In this document: piece by piece, positions 20,156 to 32,242 of the stretch
Position numbering within the stretch: position 1 is the stretch's first letter
Layout: the number at the start of each line of letters is the position of its first letter
DNA from: Alphaproteobacteria bacterium
GTDB taxonomy: Bacteria > Pseudomonadota > Alphaproteobacteria > SP197
NCBI GenBank assembly: GCA_964291265.2
Contig: OZ219747.1
Location: forward strand, 1,568,001 to 1,632,000
Reading direction: 5' to 3'
Length of the DNA: 64,000 bases
The notes under the pieces: generated by a model
Told to the model about the DNA's origin: nothing
Databases searched by the model: none
The model's input: only the letters and a program-made list of their open reading frames with translations
Program-made: the position numbers and the translations under genes

Positions 20156-21051
20156 GTCGATCGCGCCTCTCGCCGCCCCCAGAGGAAATAGAGCAGCAGT
20201 GTCGTGCCGAGGATCAGTGCAAGCAGCATGAAGGACATGGCGGCGCCGTAACCGAGATCGAGGTCCTTGAAGCTCTCCTTGTAGATCCGGTAGGTGAGTG
20301 TTGCCGACGCCGTGCCCGGCCCACCGCCGGACAGCACGAAGATGAAGTCGAAAAGCTTCATCGAAAGCACGGTCGTGATGCACGTGAAGACAAAGAGCGT
20401 GAAGCGGAGCGGCGGCAGGGTGACGTTCAGGAATGTTCCCGGCCCCGACATGCGGTCAATGGCCGCGAGATCGTACAGCCGGCTCGGAATCGTCTTGATA
20501 TTGGCGAGCAGAAAGAAGGCGACAAGCGGCGCCATGTTCCAGGCATTGCCGATCGCGAGGACCTCGATCACCCACTGACGACTGACGACATTCATCGCCT
20601 CTTCGATACCCAGCGTGTAGGCGATGGCGGTGCCAATTCCGGTTTGCCCCTTGGCGAGATGGGAGAAGATGATCCCGGTACCGTAGAGCGAGATGCACCA
20701 AGGCAGGATGACAACGGTACGCACCAGGCCGGCGCAACGCATCTTGCGGTTGAGCACCAGGGCGATCATCAGGCCGATCACCATCGCCATCACCACCGAT
20801 TCGAGGGTGAAGCGGACGGTGATCCAGAGTGATTGCTTGAATTTTCGATCGCGCATGACGTCGGCATAATTCTCGATGCCGACGAATGTCGCCTTGTAAC
20901 CGCCGAAAAAGCTGATTTCGTGAACACTCATCCACAGCGCGTAGCCGAGCGGATAGGCGACAACGAGAACGAGGAACACCAGAACAGGTAGCGCGAGCAG
21001 AAGGGAGAACTGAAGGTTGGACAACTCGGCGGTGTACTGTTTGAAGCTCAT
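20152..21051 (-). CDS. Carbohydrate ABC transporter permease
   Basis: FVGIENY, LYDLAAIDR, FDFIFVLSGGGPG, GYGAAMS. Confidence 0.92.
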   Translation of the reverse strand: MSFKQYTAELSNLQFSLLLALPVLVFLVLVVAYPLGYALWMSVHEISFFGGYKATFVGIENYADVMRDRKFKQSLWITVRFTLESVVMAMVIGLMIALVLNRKMRCAGLVRTVVILPWCISLYGTGIIFSHLAKGQTGIGTAIAYTLGIEEAMNVVSRQWVIEVLAIGNAWNMAPLVAFFLLANIKTIPSRLYDLAAIDRMSGPGTFLNVTLPPLRFTLFVFTCITTVLSMKLFDFIFVLSGGGPGTASATLTYRIYKESFKDLDLGYGAAMSFMLLALILGTTLLLYFLWGRREARST

Positions 21052-21070
21052 CTGGGCAGGGATGGCGCAT

Positions 21071-21100
21071 CGGCGGGCGGTTCCGTCGAACCGCCCGCCG
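21071..21100 (-). terminator. Intercistronic stem-loop after the solute-binding gene
   Basis: Perfect 13-bp stem CGGCGGGCGGTTC-CGTC-GAACCGCCCGCCG; no U-tract, so more likely an mRNA-stabilising hairpin. Confidence 0.6.
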
Positions 21101-21111
21101 GCGTCTCGGTG

Positions 21112-22440
21112 CTACAGTCCGTACTTCTCGTTGAGACCGGCGATCTGCTCGTTGATCGCTTCGATGGTCTCGATGATGTCCGCGTCGTCCTGCAGGAACT
21201 CCTGCAGCGTCTCCTTGAGCCAGCTGTTGAATTCCTCCGCCCAGACGACACTCCAGATGCCCTTCGGGTACGGCGTCGCTGCGTAGACTTCGAGCACGGC
21301 CACGATGTCCTGCGGACGCGCGAGGGCGTTCTTCATCCGTTCGGCCGCAGCATCGCTTTCCATCACCGACCTGTAGCCGGAGAAGAGCATGGATTCCTGC
21401 ATCCAGCGGTTGCCGACGAAGACGTTGCCGGTTTGGTCCTGATAACCATACCAGCTCGCGAAGCGCTTGACGTCATCGGTGTGGGCGTCGTCCCGCTCGC
21501 GGCTGGTCATCAAGTAGACAGCGGAATCGAGCAGGCCCCAGCTCTGGCCCTGATAGGGCAGAAGGCTGGCGTGGCCAGCGATCTGGGAGCGATCCTCGCG
21601 ATTGAAGGTTTCCAAGTCGTAGAGCTGCTGTGGACTGAAGACATACCGACCCGACGCGTAGGCATCAATGTAGGAACTCTCGTTGTATGTCAGCACCTCT
21701 TCCGGCACCAGGCCGTCGTTCCAGATGCGCTTCCAGTCCTCGAGCGTCTTGTAGGCCGCGCCGTCGGTGTCGGTGGTGAGCAGGGGTTCGTGGGTGTCGG
21801 GATGCGCAATCTCGCCTCCCCGGTTCATGACCTCGAAATCGAAGGCCCAGGAAATGCCGTACCACTCGTTGATCCAGTGCGGCAGGAAGGGTTGATCGAC
21901 GCCTTTGCCACGGATTTCGTAGAGCTGGTCGTAGAGGGCGTCCCAGTTTGCAGGAAAGTCCGCATCACCGTAGCCGAGTTCATGGTACTTCTTCAGGTTG
22001 ACATGCATCACGCCGCGGGTGCTCACGAAGTAGGAAAGCCCCAGCAGATTGCCCTTGTAGGTCCAGGCATCGAGGATGTTGGGGTACATGTCCGCCTTGA
22101 TCGCGTCGATGTTGGGTAATGCTTCGGCCGGCATGATCCAGCCGCCGTCGAAGTAGCGGCCGGCCTGGGACGGGTTGGCGTAGAGCACATCAAGCTCTCC
22201 GCCCGCCATCAGGCTCTGTTCCATGATCGCAGGGTAGTCGCCGGTGACGGTTGCGTAGTCGACGTTGCCGCCCTGTTCATTGTTGTAGCGATCGACATTG
22301 TCCTGCACGATGTCGGTCTTGTACTGCCAGCCGCGGAAAAAGACCGGTTCGCCGCTTCGGGCTTCCAGCCCACTGTCCGCGAGCGCGTCACCGGTCATCA
22401 GCACGAGTGCGCCCGCAACCGCCATTGCCCAGAGTTTCAT
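21112..22440 (-). CDS. ABC transporter extracellular solute-binding protein
   Basis: Signal peptide MKLWAMAVAGALVLMTGDALA; first gene of the ABC operon; GGAG RBS. Confidence 0.88.
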   Translation of the reverse strand: MKLWAMAVAGALVLMTGDALADSGLEARSGEPVFFRGWQYKTDIVQDNVDRYNNEQGGNVDYATVTGDYPAIMEQSLMAGGELDVLYANPSQAGRYFDGGWIMPAEALPNIDAIKADMYPNILDAWTYKGNLLGLSYFVSTRGVMHVNLKKYHELGYGDADFPANWDALYDQLYEIRGKGVDQPFLPHWINEWYGISWAFDFEVMNRGGEIAHPDTHEPLLTTDTDGAAYKTLEDWKRIWNDGLVPEEVLTYNESSYIDAYASGRYVFSPQQLYDLETFNREDRSQIAGHASLLPYQGQSWGLLDSAVYLMTSRERDDAHTDDVKRFASWYGYQDQTGNVFVGNRWMQESMLFSGYRSVMESDAAAERMKNALARPQDIVAVLEVYAATPYPKGIWSVVWAEEFNSWLKETLQEFLQDDADIIETIEAINEQIAGLNEKYGL

Positions 22441-22559
22441 CGACTTTCTCCTCTTTCCCGGGGTTCGTATGGTCACCTCATCTGGATTGGCGGTCACCCG
22501 AGCATGCTGCAGGACTGATCGCCTCACTGACCGGCAAGCATACTCCGGCTCCCGCGGAG

Positions 22560-23230
22560 TGTAAAAAGGCCGGTTGCGTCTGCTGTCGGAGCCGCCGCCA
22601 TCGGCCGTGATGAGGACCCTGCGGTGTGTCCCGGAGGCGATCCATGCTCCGCCACAACCGCCGCACGTTCTCCACCTGCGAACGACGCGGTGTCGTGTTC
22701 GGTTCCGACGCTGACCCAGTCCTTGTCGGCCGTCATGTCACAGACGCCACAGAGCATCGCGTTGCCGAGCCCCGGGTCGGCACAATCGTGGATGCTGACC
22801 TCCTCGGGGGCGCCATTCCCTGGCGCCGTCGTGACGGTGGCCGACAAGCTCCTCTTCTGCGTGTCGACCGGGATGACCGGCTGGCCCGGCTTCTGGAAGG
22901 CCCGCACCCTGCGGTCGATGCGCCGGAACTGCGCGTCGCTGGCGGTTCTCCACCGTCTTGCGGCTGGATTGCAAGCTGCAGCCGAGGGAACGGAGCAGCC
23001 GGTTGACCGTGCGTTCGCTGACCATATGGCCTTCGGCGCCGAGGGCGTCGGCAAGGCGGCGCGCGCGCCAAGCGACGTCCAGCGCAGCGGACGTTCCGGA
23101 TCGCCGCGCGTCGTCGGTCCGAGATGAAGTTCCAGCGCCCTCACAAGGTCCGGGTCTTCCTCGCACAGGCGCTTGCGGTCACCGCCGGGACGACGGGTCC
23201 GCGTGGTCGGCTCCGGCGCCGCCGCCGCGC
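22560..23230 (-). pseudogene. ISAzo13-family transposase remnant
   Basis: RRPGGDRKRL..DPDL, TRGDPERPLRWTS, DAQFRRI, PVIPVDTQK, WVSVGTEHDTASFA; several frameshifts. Confidence 0.82.
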
Positions 23231-23234
23231 CTGC

Positions 23235-23908
23235 CCGGAAGCGATCGAAGATATCGGCATCATCCCGCTCTTCGAGGGCGTCCTGATCCACGACTGCTGG
23301 GCTGCCTACATGGGCTACGATCAGTGCCGCCACCAACTGTGCGGCAGCCACCTCCTGCGCGAGATGACCTTCGTCGTCGAGTCCGACGGCGACCGCTGGC
23401 GCGATTGATGAAGAGCCTTCTGCGCGAGGCATCCCGCAGGGTCAACAAGAGCGCATCCAAGACCTTGAACGAGGCCGACCGCCGGGCCGTGCGCAAGCGC
23501 TACCGCACCATCCTCACCCAGGGTGCCAGGGAACTGCCCGACATCCCGCCACGGACGATGAGGAACACGTGGACGCATCACAAAGTCCGACGCGCACAAC
23601 CTGCATGAACGTCTCGTGAAACACGAGAAATCCGTCCTGCGCTTCATGAAGGACCCCAATGTCAGTTTCACAAATAATACCGGAGAGCAGAAGATCGGGA
23701 TGACAAAGGTCAAGATCAAGGTGTCTGGATGTTCCCGCACCATGCTCCATGCCAAAGCATGGTGCCGGGGCTCAAACTACCTCACCACCATGGACGCACT
23801 CGGCTACAACCCTCTCGTCGCCATCCACATCGCCCTCGACGGAAAGGCCGTAGACATCCTCAACGAGCACTACGGACAACCAGACCCCAACAAGTGGTGA
23901 GTAGTTAC
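23235..23908 (+). pseudogene. IS66-family transposase C-terminal remnant with right end
   Basis: IHDCWAAY, HQLCGSHLLRE, VLRFMKDPNVSFTNN..KVKIKVSGC; ends GTGAGTAGTTAC (rc GTAAC). Confidence 0.85.
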
Positions 23909-23922
23909 AATGTATGTTGCCA

Positions 23923-23943
23923 TATCCGCATGTAAGGCGGATA
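23923..23943. promoter_or_regulatory. Inverted repeat upstream of abiEi, candidate operator
   Basis: TATCCGC-N7-GCGGATA, 7 bp before the ATG; AbiEi proteins are known to autoregulate through promoter inverted repeats. Confidence 0.4.
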
Positions 23944-23950
23944 CTTGGTC

Positions 23951-24276
23951 ATGCCTCACGATCGGCGATCCGCCCTGTCAGGTTACGTGAGCGGTCTGCT
24001 CTCCACCGGCCGAACGGTCTTCACCGCCGACCGCGTTGTCAGTGGTCGTGCAGCGGCCTGTCGTACAGCGTCTAGGGTATCTTCTGGACCATCTCGGCCA
24101 TGACGAACTGACGGGGCCCATGCAGGGGTTCCTGAGAGCACGAGGGTCGCTGCCCTGGACCGAGCTCGATCGGCAGGAGGCAGGAGGCGCGGGATCCGGA
24201 CTTCGCGTCCGAACCGCTCCAACGCGATGTCCGGTGGCGGATCATCGCGCGCCGGCTACCCCAGGCCGACGCATGA
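23951..24276 (+). pseudogene. abiEi: Type IV TA AbiEi-family antitoxin, internally deleted
   Basis: N-terminus MPHDRRSALSGYVSGLLSTGRTVFT joined out of frame to C-terminus VVQRLGYLLDHLG...RWRIIAR; ATGA overlap with abiEii. Confidence 0.72.
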
Positions 24277-25137
24277 TCCCGGCGCAGAATGTCGTCGCCT
24301 GGGGCAACGTCGTTCCCTGGGCCGATCAGCGACAGGTCGAACAAGACCTCATCATCGGCCGTGCTCTGGTGGAGATCTTCTCCGACGACATGCTGCACGC
24401 CGCAGTGCGGGTTCGCGGCGGAACGGCGCTCAACAAGCTGCACTTCCCGAAGCCGATTAAGCTATTCCGAGGACATCGACCTGGTCCGGACTTCCGGTGG
24501 GCCAATCGGTCCCATCCTCGATCGGCTGCGTGTCGTTCTGGAACCGTGGCTGACGCGCGCGCGGTTCGATCAGAGTCCTGTCGCACCGAAGTTTCGCTTC
24601 CGGGTCGATGCCGAAGACGGCAGTGGCGTGCCGATCCGGCTGAAGGTCGAGATCAACACCCGCGAGATTCAGGCTTTCGACGGCCCGGCGGCGTTGCCGT
24701 TGAAGATCGATAATCCCTGGTTCTCGGGCGAGGCGGCCATTTCGACGTTTACGCGCGAAGAGATGCTGGCGACCAAGTTGCGTGCATTGTCGCAGCGTGA
24801 CCAAGGGCGCGATCTCTACGACCTCGCGCACGCGCTGGAGGTCTTCGAGAACCTCGATTTAGGCGGTATGGTCGAGATGTTCGAGCGGTATCTCGACCTT
24901 TCCGGACAGACGATTTCCCGGGCTCAGGCCGAGCAGCGGATGTTCGCCAAACTGGCCAACCCACACTTCTTGCTCGACCTGCGCCCCCTGCTGCCGGCTG
25001 TTCAGGCGCAGGCTCTGACGGAAGAGACAACAGCGGATTCCTTTCGCCGCGTGTTCACGATGCTCATCGATCGGCTGCCCGGCGATCCCTGGCGGAGGAC
25101 GCAGGCCATGAAAGAACGCTTCGGAATCTCATGGTGA
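24273..25137 (+). pseudogene. abiEii: AbiEii/AbiGii nucleotidyltransferase toxin, frameshifted near 24460
   Basis: QVEQDLII, RGGTALNKL, then YSEDIDL in another frame, LKVEIN, TKLRAL.QR..GRDLYDL. Confidence 0.85.
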
Positions 25138-25144
25138 CACGAGC

Positions 25145-28100
25145 GTGGTCAACCATGCTCATCCGTTCCGACAGGTCATGACACGTCGACTGTATTCCGG
25201 GCTCTACGAAGACCTGCTGACCTCCGCTCTGGAGGCGGAAGTCAATGCCCGAACGGCGGAGGGCTGGTGGGTTGACATCGCCCCGGCGAACTCAACTGTT
25301 CGTCCCGAGCTCCTGGCCCGTCATGTTTATCACCTCCTTCGACGTGCGCTCGAAGGGATTCCCGAAGAAGACGGTGCGCAGCCGGCCAACCAGGTCGCCC
25401 TGGCGAATCGACTGGTGGAGGTCCTCGTCGAACATGGCGCAATGGCCGACGATCGGGTTGCAGACGCCGCGCGCCTGCTCCTGGAAGCTGTGGAAAGCGG
25501 AGCATTGGGCGGTACGCAATCGACAATTCCGCGCCCGACACTCTCGCTTCGTCGGACCGGCCTGCTCGTCAATGGCCGGCGCGACGTCCAGATCGCGAGC
25601 GAAATCGCGCGGGAGATCCCGAGTGCCGATCGGATCGACCTCCTCTGCGCATTCGTGCGGCATTCGGGGTTGCGGCTGTTCCGCTCCGAGCTTGCAGAAC
25701 GGGTAGGAGAGGGTGCGCGGGTGCGCGTGATCGCAAGCGTCTATACCGGGTCAACCGAACGCCGAGCGCTGGACGCGCTTGTCCATCTCGGTGCGCACGT
25801 GAAGGTCTCCTACGACGTGGCGCGGACCCGGCTTCATGCCAAGGCGTGGCTGTTCCACCGGCACAGCGGTCTGCACACCGCCTACATCGGTTCGTCAAAT
25901 CTCACCCACACGGCACAGGTCGACGGCCTCGAATGGAACGTGCGCGTGAGCGCGGCCGAGAATCCGGAGGTGATCGAGCGCTTCCAGGCGACCTTCGAAC
26001 AGTACTGGCGAGAGCCCGAGTTCGAGGACTATAAGCCCCAGCGTGACAGTGAGCGTCTCGACCACGCGCTCTCGAGACAGCGCGGCGATTCCGGAGTAGA
26101 CGACGGCACAGCGCTGTCTCTGCTGGTCGACGTCACACCGAAGCCTCACCAGGCTGTCGCGCTGGAGGCCCTCGAAATAGAGCGTCTGCGCGGATACCAC
26201 CGCAACCTCGTGGTCGCGGCGACCGGCACCGGCAAGACCTGGATTGCGGCATTCGATTTCAAGCGGCTGCGCGATCAGGGTGCGGCTCGTTCCTTGCTCT
26301 TCGTCGCGCACCGCGACGAGATCCTCCTTCAGAGTCAGCAAGTCTTTCAGCTCGTACTGCGCGAGCCGGGGTTCGGTGAGCGGCTGGTCGGCGGCGAGCG
26401 TCCACGCGCTGGTCACCACATCTTTGCCTCGGTGCAGTCTCTTGTCAACCGCATCGACGAAATCGATCCGGAAGATTTCGACGTGGTCATCGTGGACGAG
26501 TTTCATCATGCTGCCGCCACGAGCTACGAGCGCCTGCTGTCACGTCTGAGACCGAAAGTGCTCCTCGGACTCACGGCCACGCCGGAGCGCGCTGACGGCC
26601 AGTCAGTGCTGCAGTGGTTCGACGGCCGCAAAGCTTCGGAGTCCCGGCTCTGGGATGCCCTTGACCAGGGGCTGCTCTGCCCGTTTCATTATTTCGGGGT
26701 GAACGACGCGACCGATCTCTCGGCGGTCCGTTTCGAGCGCCGACGATATGTGTCTGAGGAGCTCGACAACGTGTTTACGGGCGATCACGTTCGAGCGGTT
26801 CGGATCCTCCAGGCTGTCGAGGAATTCGTGACCGACCCGCACCAGATGCGGGCGCTGGGATTCTGCGCAGGCATCGGTCACGCCCACTTCATGGCGAGGC
26901 AGTTCACCGGTTTCGACTACCCGACAATGGCGCTCGATGCCAGCACCCCCGGGGACGATCGTCGAGCGGCGCTCGCGAGACTGCGGCGCGGAGAACTTCG
27001 AGCCGTTTTCGCCGTCGATCTCTTCAACGAGGGTGTCGACCTTCCCGAAGTCGACACCGTGCTCATGCTGCGGCCGACCGAAAGCGCCACGGTGTTTCTC
27101 CAGCAGCTCGGAAGAGGGCTGCGGTGGGCCGAGGGGAAGCGGGTTCTCACTGTCCTCGACTTCGTGGGCCAGGTTCGGCGTGAGTACCGCTACGACGTGC
27201 GCTATCGAGCCCTGCTGGGGGGCACCCGCCATCAGGTCAAGCACGCCATCGAGGCGGACTTTCCACGGCTCCCACCGGGATGTGCGCTCAAACTGGATCG
27301 CGTCGCCAAGAAGACGGTGCTGCGCAATCTGAAAGAGGCGGTGCAAAATGCTCGTGCAAGCCTCGCCGATGACCTGCGCGCTCTCGGACCTGAAACACGG
27401 CTCCGCGGCTTCATGGTGGACGCCGGTGTCGAACTCGAAGAAATCTACGCACGACCCGGTTCGGGACACTGCTTTACCGAGCTCCGTCGGCGGGTTGGCT
27501 TCGAGCAGAGCGCTGTCGAAGACTCTCTCCTCAAGGCTATCGGCAAACTACTTCACGTAGACGATCGCGAGCGGATCGAGTTCTGGCGAGACCTCCTGCT
27601 GGGGGATCGTTCCAGCGGCATCGCGGAACTCGAGGGCCGCAAGCATCGCCTCGGCCTCATGTTGTTCGCGCTTCTGGGCAGCCGTCGTCAGGCGATCGAC
27701 GAGGTTGATCAGACATTGGAAAGTGTCCGTGGCTCTTCAGAATTGCGTCGCGAGACCGGCGACCTCCTGGAGATTCTCGCGGACCGCATTCGCACGGTCT
27801 CCCAGCCGCTTGATCCTGCCAGCGATGCTCCCCTGGCCAGCCACGCCACCTATACCCTGGGCGAGATTGCCGCGGCACACGGGCACACTGACAAAGGTGG
27901 CGCGCTGGTGTTTCCGCAGGGCGGGGTTCTTTGCTGTGAAACATTTCTGATCCCTGCGACGCCTTTTGTTGAACAGGGCGCGAGCGACCTGTCGGTCAGG
28001 CGCATGCCTGACCGCCGTGTGGTGGTTCTGGCTGACGCCTGTTGACGAACCTTGGACCTTTCCGGCTACCCCGCGTCTATGGCCATCAAGGGTCTGGTTC

Positions 28101-28639
28101 GTTCAGGCGTCAGAACATCATCGAAATGCAAGCGTCCTCGTCACCCACCTCCACCTGCTCGCATGATCGTGCACCAATACGCCGGATCAACGCACTTGTC
28201 CAACGGCCACAACAGGCTCACGTTTCATGGCGCGGGGTGAACAGGCACGCCGACGTTCATGACTGTTTGGAACAATGAGACGCAGACGGATCTGCTGTTC
28301 GTCACACTGGAGAAGTCGGACGGGGATTACTCTCCCACGACTCGCTACGCCGACTACCCGATCTCGCCGACCCTGTTTCACTGGGAGTCGCAGAACACCG
28401 CGTCACCCGATACGCTGACCGGGCGCCGTTACATCGAGCAACCAGACCGAGGCACGAACGTCGTCTTGTTCGTGCGCGAACGCAAGACAGATGGCCGGGG
28501 CGAAACCCTTCCGTACCACTGCCTCGGCCGTGCCCATTACCGCAGTCATGAGTCCGAACGGCCTATGAAAATACTGTGGGAGCTCGAACGCCCTATGCTC
28601 GGATGGCTCTACCAAGCGGGGAAAGTGGTAGCGGGTTGA
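25145..28639 (+). pseudogene. PLD-nuclease / SF2 helicase / DUF3427 protein split by a 332-bp insertion
   Basis: LHAKAWLF..GSSNLT..EWN (PLD), ATGTGKT, DEFHH, GLTATPER, DLFNEGVD, QQLGRGLR; C-terminus LFVTLEKS..FHWESQ resumes at 28270; joined ORF is 1053 codons. Confidence 0.9.
27934..28265. mobile_element. 332-bp non-coding structured insertion flanked by TTTG direct repeat
   Basis: Removal restores GGG GTT CTT TGG AAC AAT (GVLWNN); TTTG at 27930-27933 and 28266-28269; strong internal hairpins. Confidence 0.8.
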
Positions 28640-28669
28640 TGTACTTATGAAGGAACCCCACGATCCGCG

Positions 28670-28921
28670 CGAAGGTCGATTTCCTGCTCTGCCTGGGCGG
28701 TGAAATGGTGGCGGTCAAGGTCAAGTCCCAGCCTCGCTATCACACCGGCATGCTACTGTGGCTGCGCAATCCGTGGAGCTCCCGGGATTGGCGCGAAGTG
28801 TGCTGATCTACGGCGGCAGGCGGTCTTTCCGACCGGGGACGGGATCGATGTGTGGTCTACCGAAACGGCTGCAACAGGCCCTCGCCGAGAACGCTCTGTG
28901 GTCCTAGGCTCAGACCGGTGA
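28670..28921 (+). pseudogene. DUF4143-like (AAA ATPase C-terminal PD-(D/E)xK) remnant
   Basis: KVDFLLCLGGEMVAVKVKS, then GDGIDVW in another frame. Confidence 0.5.
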
Positions 28922-29840
28922 CCTGACAGGTGGGCTGTGAGGAAGGAAGTTCAACAACTTCGCCGCAAGGCGGTCAATTCGCTGGTGCTCTCGATCGAGC
29001 ACTTCAATTGCCCGTGGGACCGCGGGAGAAGCGAAGCCGTACTCATCTTGCTCGATCACGGCTTCGAGATGCTGCTGAAGGCGGCAATCCGACACCGCCA
29101 GGGGAAGATTCGCAAGCCGGGAGAGAAGCAGACAATCGGATTTGGTGCGTGTGTCCGAAAGGCGCTCACCGAAGCCAGCGTGAAGTTCCTGAGCGACGAG
29201 CAGGCGCTGATGCTGCGGTCGATCAACGGGCAACGCGATGCGGCGCAGCACTATCTGATCGACATGTCGGAGCACCAGCTCTACTTCTACGCGCAGGCGG
29301 GAGTAACGCTGTTCCGAGATATCCACGACGACGTGTTTGACGATGAACTCGTTGTGGAACTCCCCGAGAGAGTTCTGCCGGTGTCGACGACCGCACCCCG
29401 CGACCTGACGGCCCTGTTCGACAACGATGTGGAGGAAATCAAGGGGCTGTTGGTGCCGGGCACCCGAAGGAAGTTGGACGCGCTCGCGAAAGCGCGATGC
29501 CTGGCGGTGCTCGAAGGCGCCGTGAACGGCATCTATGAGCAGCCGAGCGACAGAGAACTCGGGAAAATCTGCACCCGCTTGGCTCGCGGCGAACACTGGA
29601 CCGCTGTCTTCCCGGGTGTTGCCTCCATCAACATCACGGCCGAAGCTGACGGACCGTAAGCGTTCGGCCGTGCGGTGACGGCTGATTTTGGTGGGTTTTG
29701 GGACTGGCTGACAACCGTCTGAGAAAGTGCTGGCAAGCATCCTCAACCGGTCGAATATCGTAACTGCCCAGGTCTGATTTTGCCGAGTCCTGACGGGAGG
29801 TGGATTGATGGCACCGGTCTGGTGGCGCCGAGGAGGGATG

Positions 29841-31383
29841 TCAGAAGCGCAGTTTCGGGATCAGCTGTATGGGATCGGGGTGGGCCAGTGTTTCGAGGAC
29901 ATTCCAGCCCTGCTTTCGGGCGGTGGAGATGACGGATCGCAGGTTGGCGAAGTCGCTCAGCACCCTGCATGGATCGGAAGCCGCCCGAGATTTTCTGGCG
30001 CACCTTGATCATCCGGAAGTCGCGCTCGGCCTGGTTGTTGGAGAACGGGACTTGCGGGTTGGTGAGGAAGCGCAGGCAGCCGTCCTTGTGTTTGCGGAGG
30101 CGGAGCGCGAGGTTGTGGCCGATGCGGCGTTTTCGTCGTCCGCGCTTTCCGGGCTGGAGTGGCGGCCTCTGTTCGTGGGAAGCGATGGCCTTCTCGAGGA
30201 TCCTGTCCCAGGCTTGCGAGATGCGGGCGAGGAGTGAAGCGGGGATGTCGCGGTCGTTCTTGCGGGCGAAGCGGGCGGCTCTGTTGGCACGGGTGAGGAG
30301 CCTGTGCATGGCGGTGGCCCAGTCTTCCTTCTCGATTTCGATCAGAGCCTGGAGTTCGCGCGAGCGATGGGCGTTGCAGGCACCGTGGCGCACGCCCTCG
30401 AGAGTGAAGTAAGTGGCCAAGCGTCATGGATGACGATGCCGTTGAGTGTCTCGTCGATGTGTTTGCGCCCGGTGGCGAGGCGCAGGATGGTGAGCAAGGG
30501 GGTGCACAGCACATGGAGCCAGTGGGTCTCGCCGTTGATGCGGATGCCGGTCTCGTCTGTGGTGTTTGACCGGGGCTTGGGTGCGGATGATCTCTGCGAC
30601 ATGATCGAGGAAGCTCTCGAAGCGCCGGGCGGTGCGCCTGCCCATGGCGGCGATGGTGGCGGTTGAGATCCTGACGGCGAAGAGGTCGCTCATGACCTCG
30701 GCGACGCGCTTCTCGGGAATGAACTGGGCGTGCAACAGGTAGGTCACCCAGGCGGTGATGCGCGGCCCGTACTGGACCGGGGCGCTCACGCCGTGCGGGA
30801 AGGCGGCTGTTGTCACGGCGCCGCAGGCGGCGCAGAGACAGCGATGGGCGCGATGTTCGGTGACCTCGAGGGGCTGCGGCTCGGGCATGTCGAAGACCTG
30901 CCGACAGACGGGTTCTGCGTGACGGTCATCATCCGACAGCGGCGCGCCGCAGCCCTTACAGGCAGACGGAGCATGATCGACGACGTGGTCCGGGTTCTCG
31001 GCCTGCTTCAGGGTGGTTCCCTCGTGGCCGCGCTGACCGCCACTGGGCCTGTCGGACTTGCCGCGCTGGCTCCGGGTGCGCTTCTGTCGGTTTCCGCTCT
31101 TCTTCTTCGGACCGTCGCTGGCCGGTGGCTTGGAGCTGGTGGAGCTGTCGAGCGCGGCGCTGCGCTCGAGTGCATCAATCCGTTCGCGCAAGCCGGTGTT
31201 CTCCCGCTCCAGCGCCTCGATCTCCCCGACCAGCGCCGCGCTCAGGCGCAACATCCCCTGGCCCCATTCCCGGAGGGCCTTGACGGCAGTCACGGCGAAG
31301 GGGTGTGGACTGAACAGGTCCTGAAGGCCCACGAAGGCCTCGTCCTGGGCGGCGATGTCCTCGCGCCAGCGCGAGACGGTCAC
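29841..31383 (-). pseudogene. IS66 TnpC-type transposase, frameshifted
   Basis: DSSTSSKPPASD, GGQRGHEG, CxxC zinc finger, DETG, HGACNAHRSREL, PFSNNQAERDFRMIKVRQKISG. Confidence 0.88.
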
Positions 31384-32049
31384 GAACCCTCCCCGGCCTC
31401 GACGGCCATGATCGCCGCCAGCACTGCCAGACGTTCCCCCGGCGGCATGGCCTCGTAGCGCCGCCCCCAGTTGGCCGCCTTGCGCTTGATGCGCTGGCGG
31501 GCGGTGAAGTTCCGCCCCGCGTAGCGCGACCAGTGCACCCGGTCGGGAGCAAAGTTGAACCATACCACCTCGGTCCGCACCTGGGCCTAGGTCGTCACCT
31601 GCAGCGCCACCCGGCGCCAGCCCGCCAGAAGATCGTCATAGAGCGCTTCACGGGTGGCCCGAGACCATCACCTGGCAGGGCAGGCCCTTGAGCAGTTCAA
31701 GGAGCGCAACATGGTCCACCTCCTCGTACTCGAAGCGGTAGCGCCGCGACGAACGCCGCGTCGCGTGCAGATAGGGCGGATCGCTGTAGACCAGCTCCGG
31801 ACCCAGAAACGGGAACGAAGCCAGGAAGGAGTGAGCACAGCCGTGCACCAACTCCACCGGATAGTCGCACTCAAAGGCCCCAAGCGCACGCTCATCACGG
31901 TCAATCCCGATCGAGCGCACAGACGCAGGCTTGCGCTTCATCAGCGCGCCGCCCCCCAGATGGCTCTCGATATAGACAGAGTGCGGCGGCATCAGCGCAA
32001 TCAGCGCCTGGCACAAACCCGGCGTCGCCTTCGATCCGAAATACCCCAA
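31380..32049 (-). pseudogene. Dam/D12-class N6-adenine DNA methyltransferase, disrupted
   Basis: YFGSK, YIESHLGGGA, YSDPPY, VMVSG, RTEVVWFN; frameshift near 31650 and TAG near 31588. Confidence 0.85.
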
Positions 32050-32242
32050 CGGCCGCTCCCCTCATGACAGAGGGCCACTCATAGGCTCACGGGCCTAGCA
32101 AGTCAAGACGCGCAGAATCAACAAACCGGCGGCACCAAAACGGCACCCAACGCAACCAACGTCAACACAGACTCAGACCTGACGAGGTACCTGGGCAGTT
32201 ACCGAATATCACCAACAATCACCGCGCGACCGAACGCTTACC

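Larger units (their letters stand above)
29760..32202 (-). mobile_element. IS66-family element with passenger DNA methyltransferase, nested in a MITE
   Basis: TIR GTAACTGCCCAGGT at both ends; 8-bp TSD CGAATATC at 29752-29759 and 32203-32210. Confidence 0.92.

Noticed and set aside
27934-28265. Self-splicing intron interpretation of the insert
   Set aside because: Ends do not fit group I (exon U, terminal G) or group II (GUGYG...AY) rules in any register of the TTTG repeat
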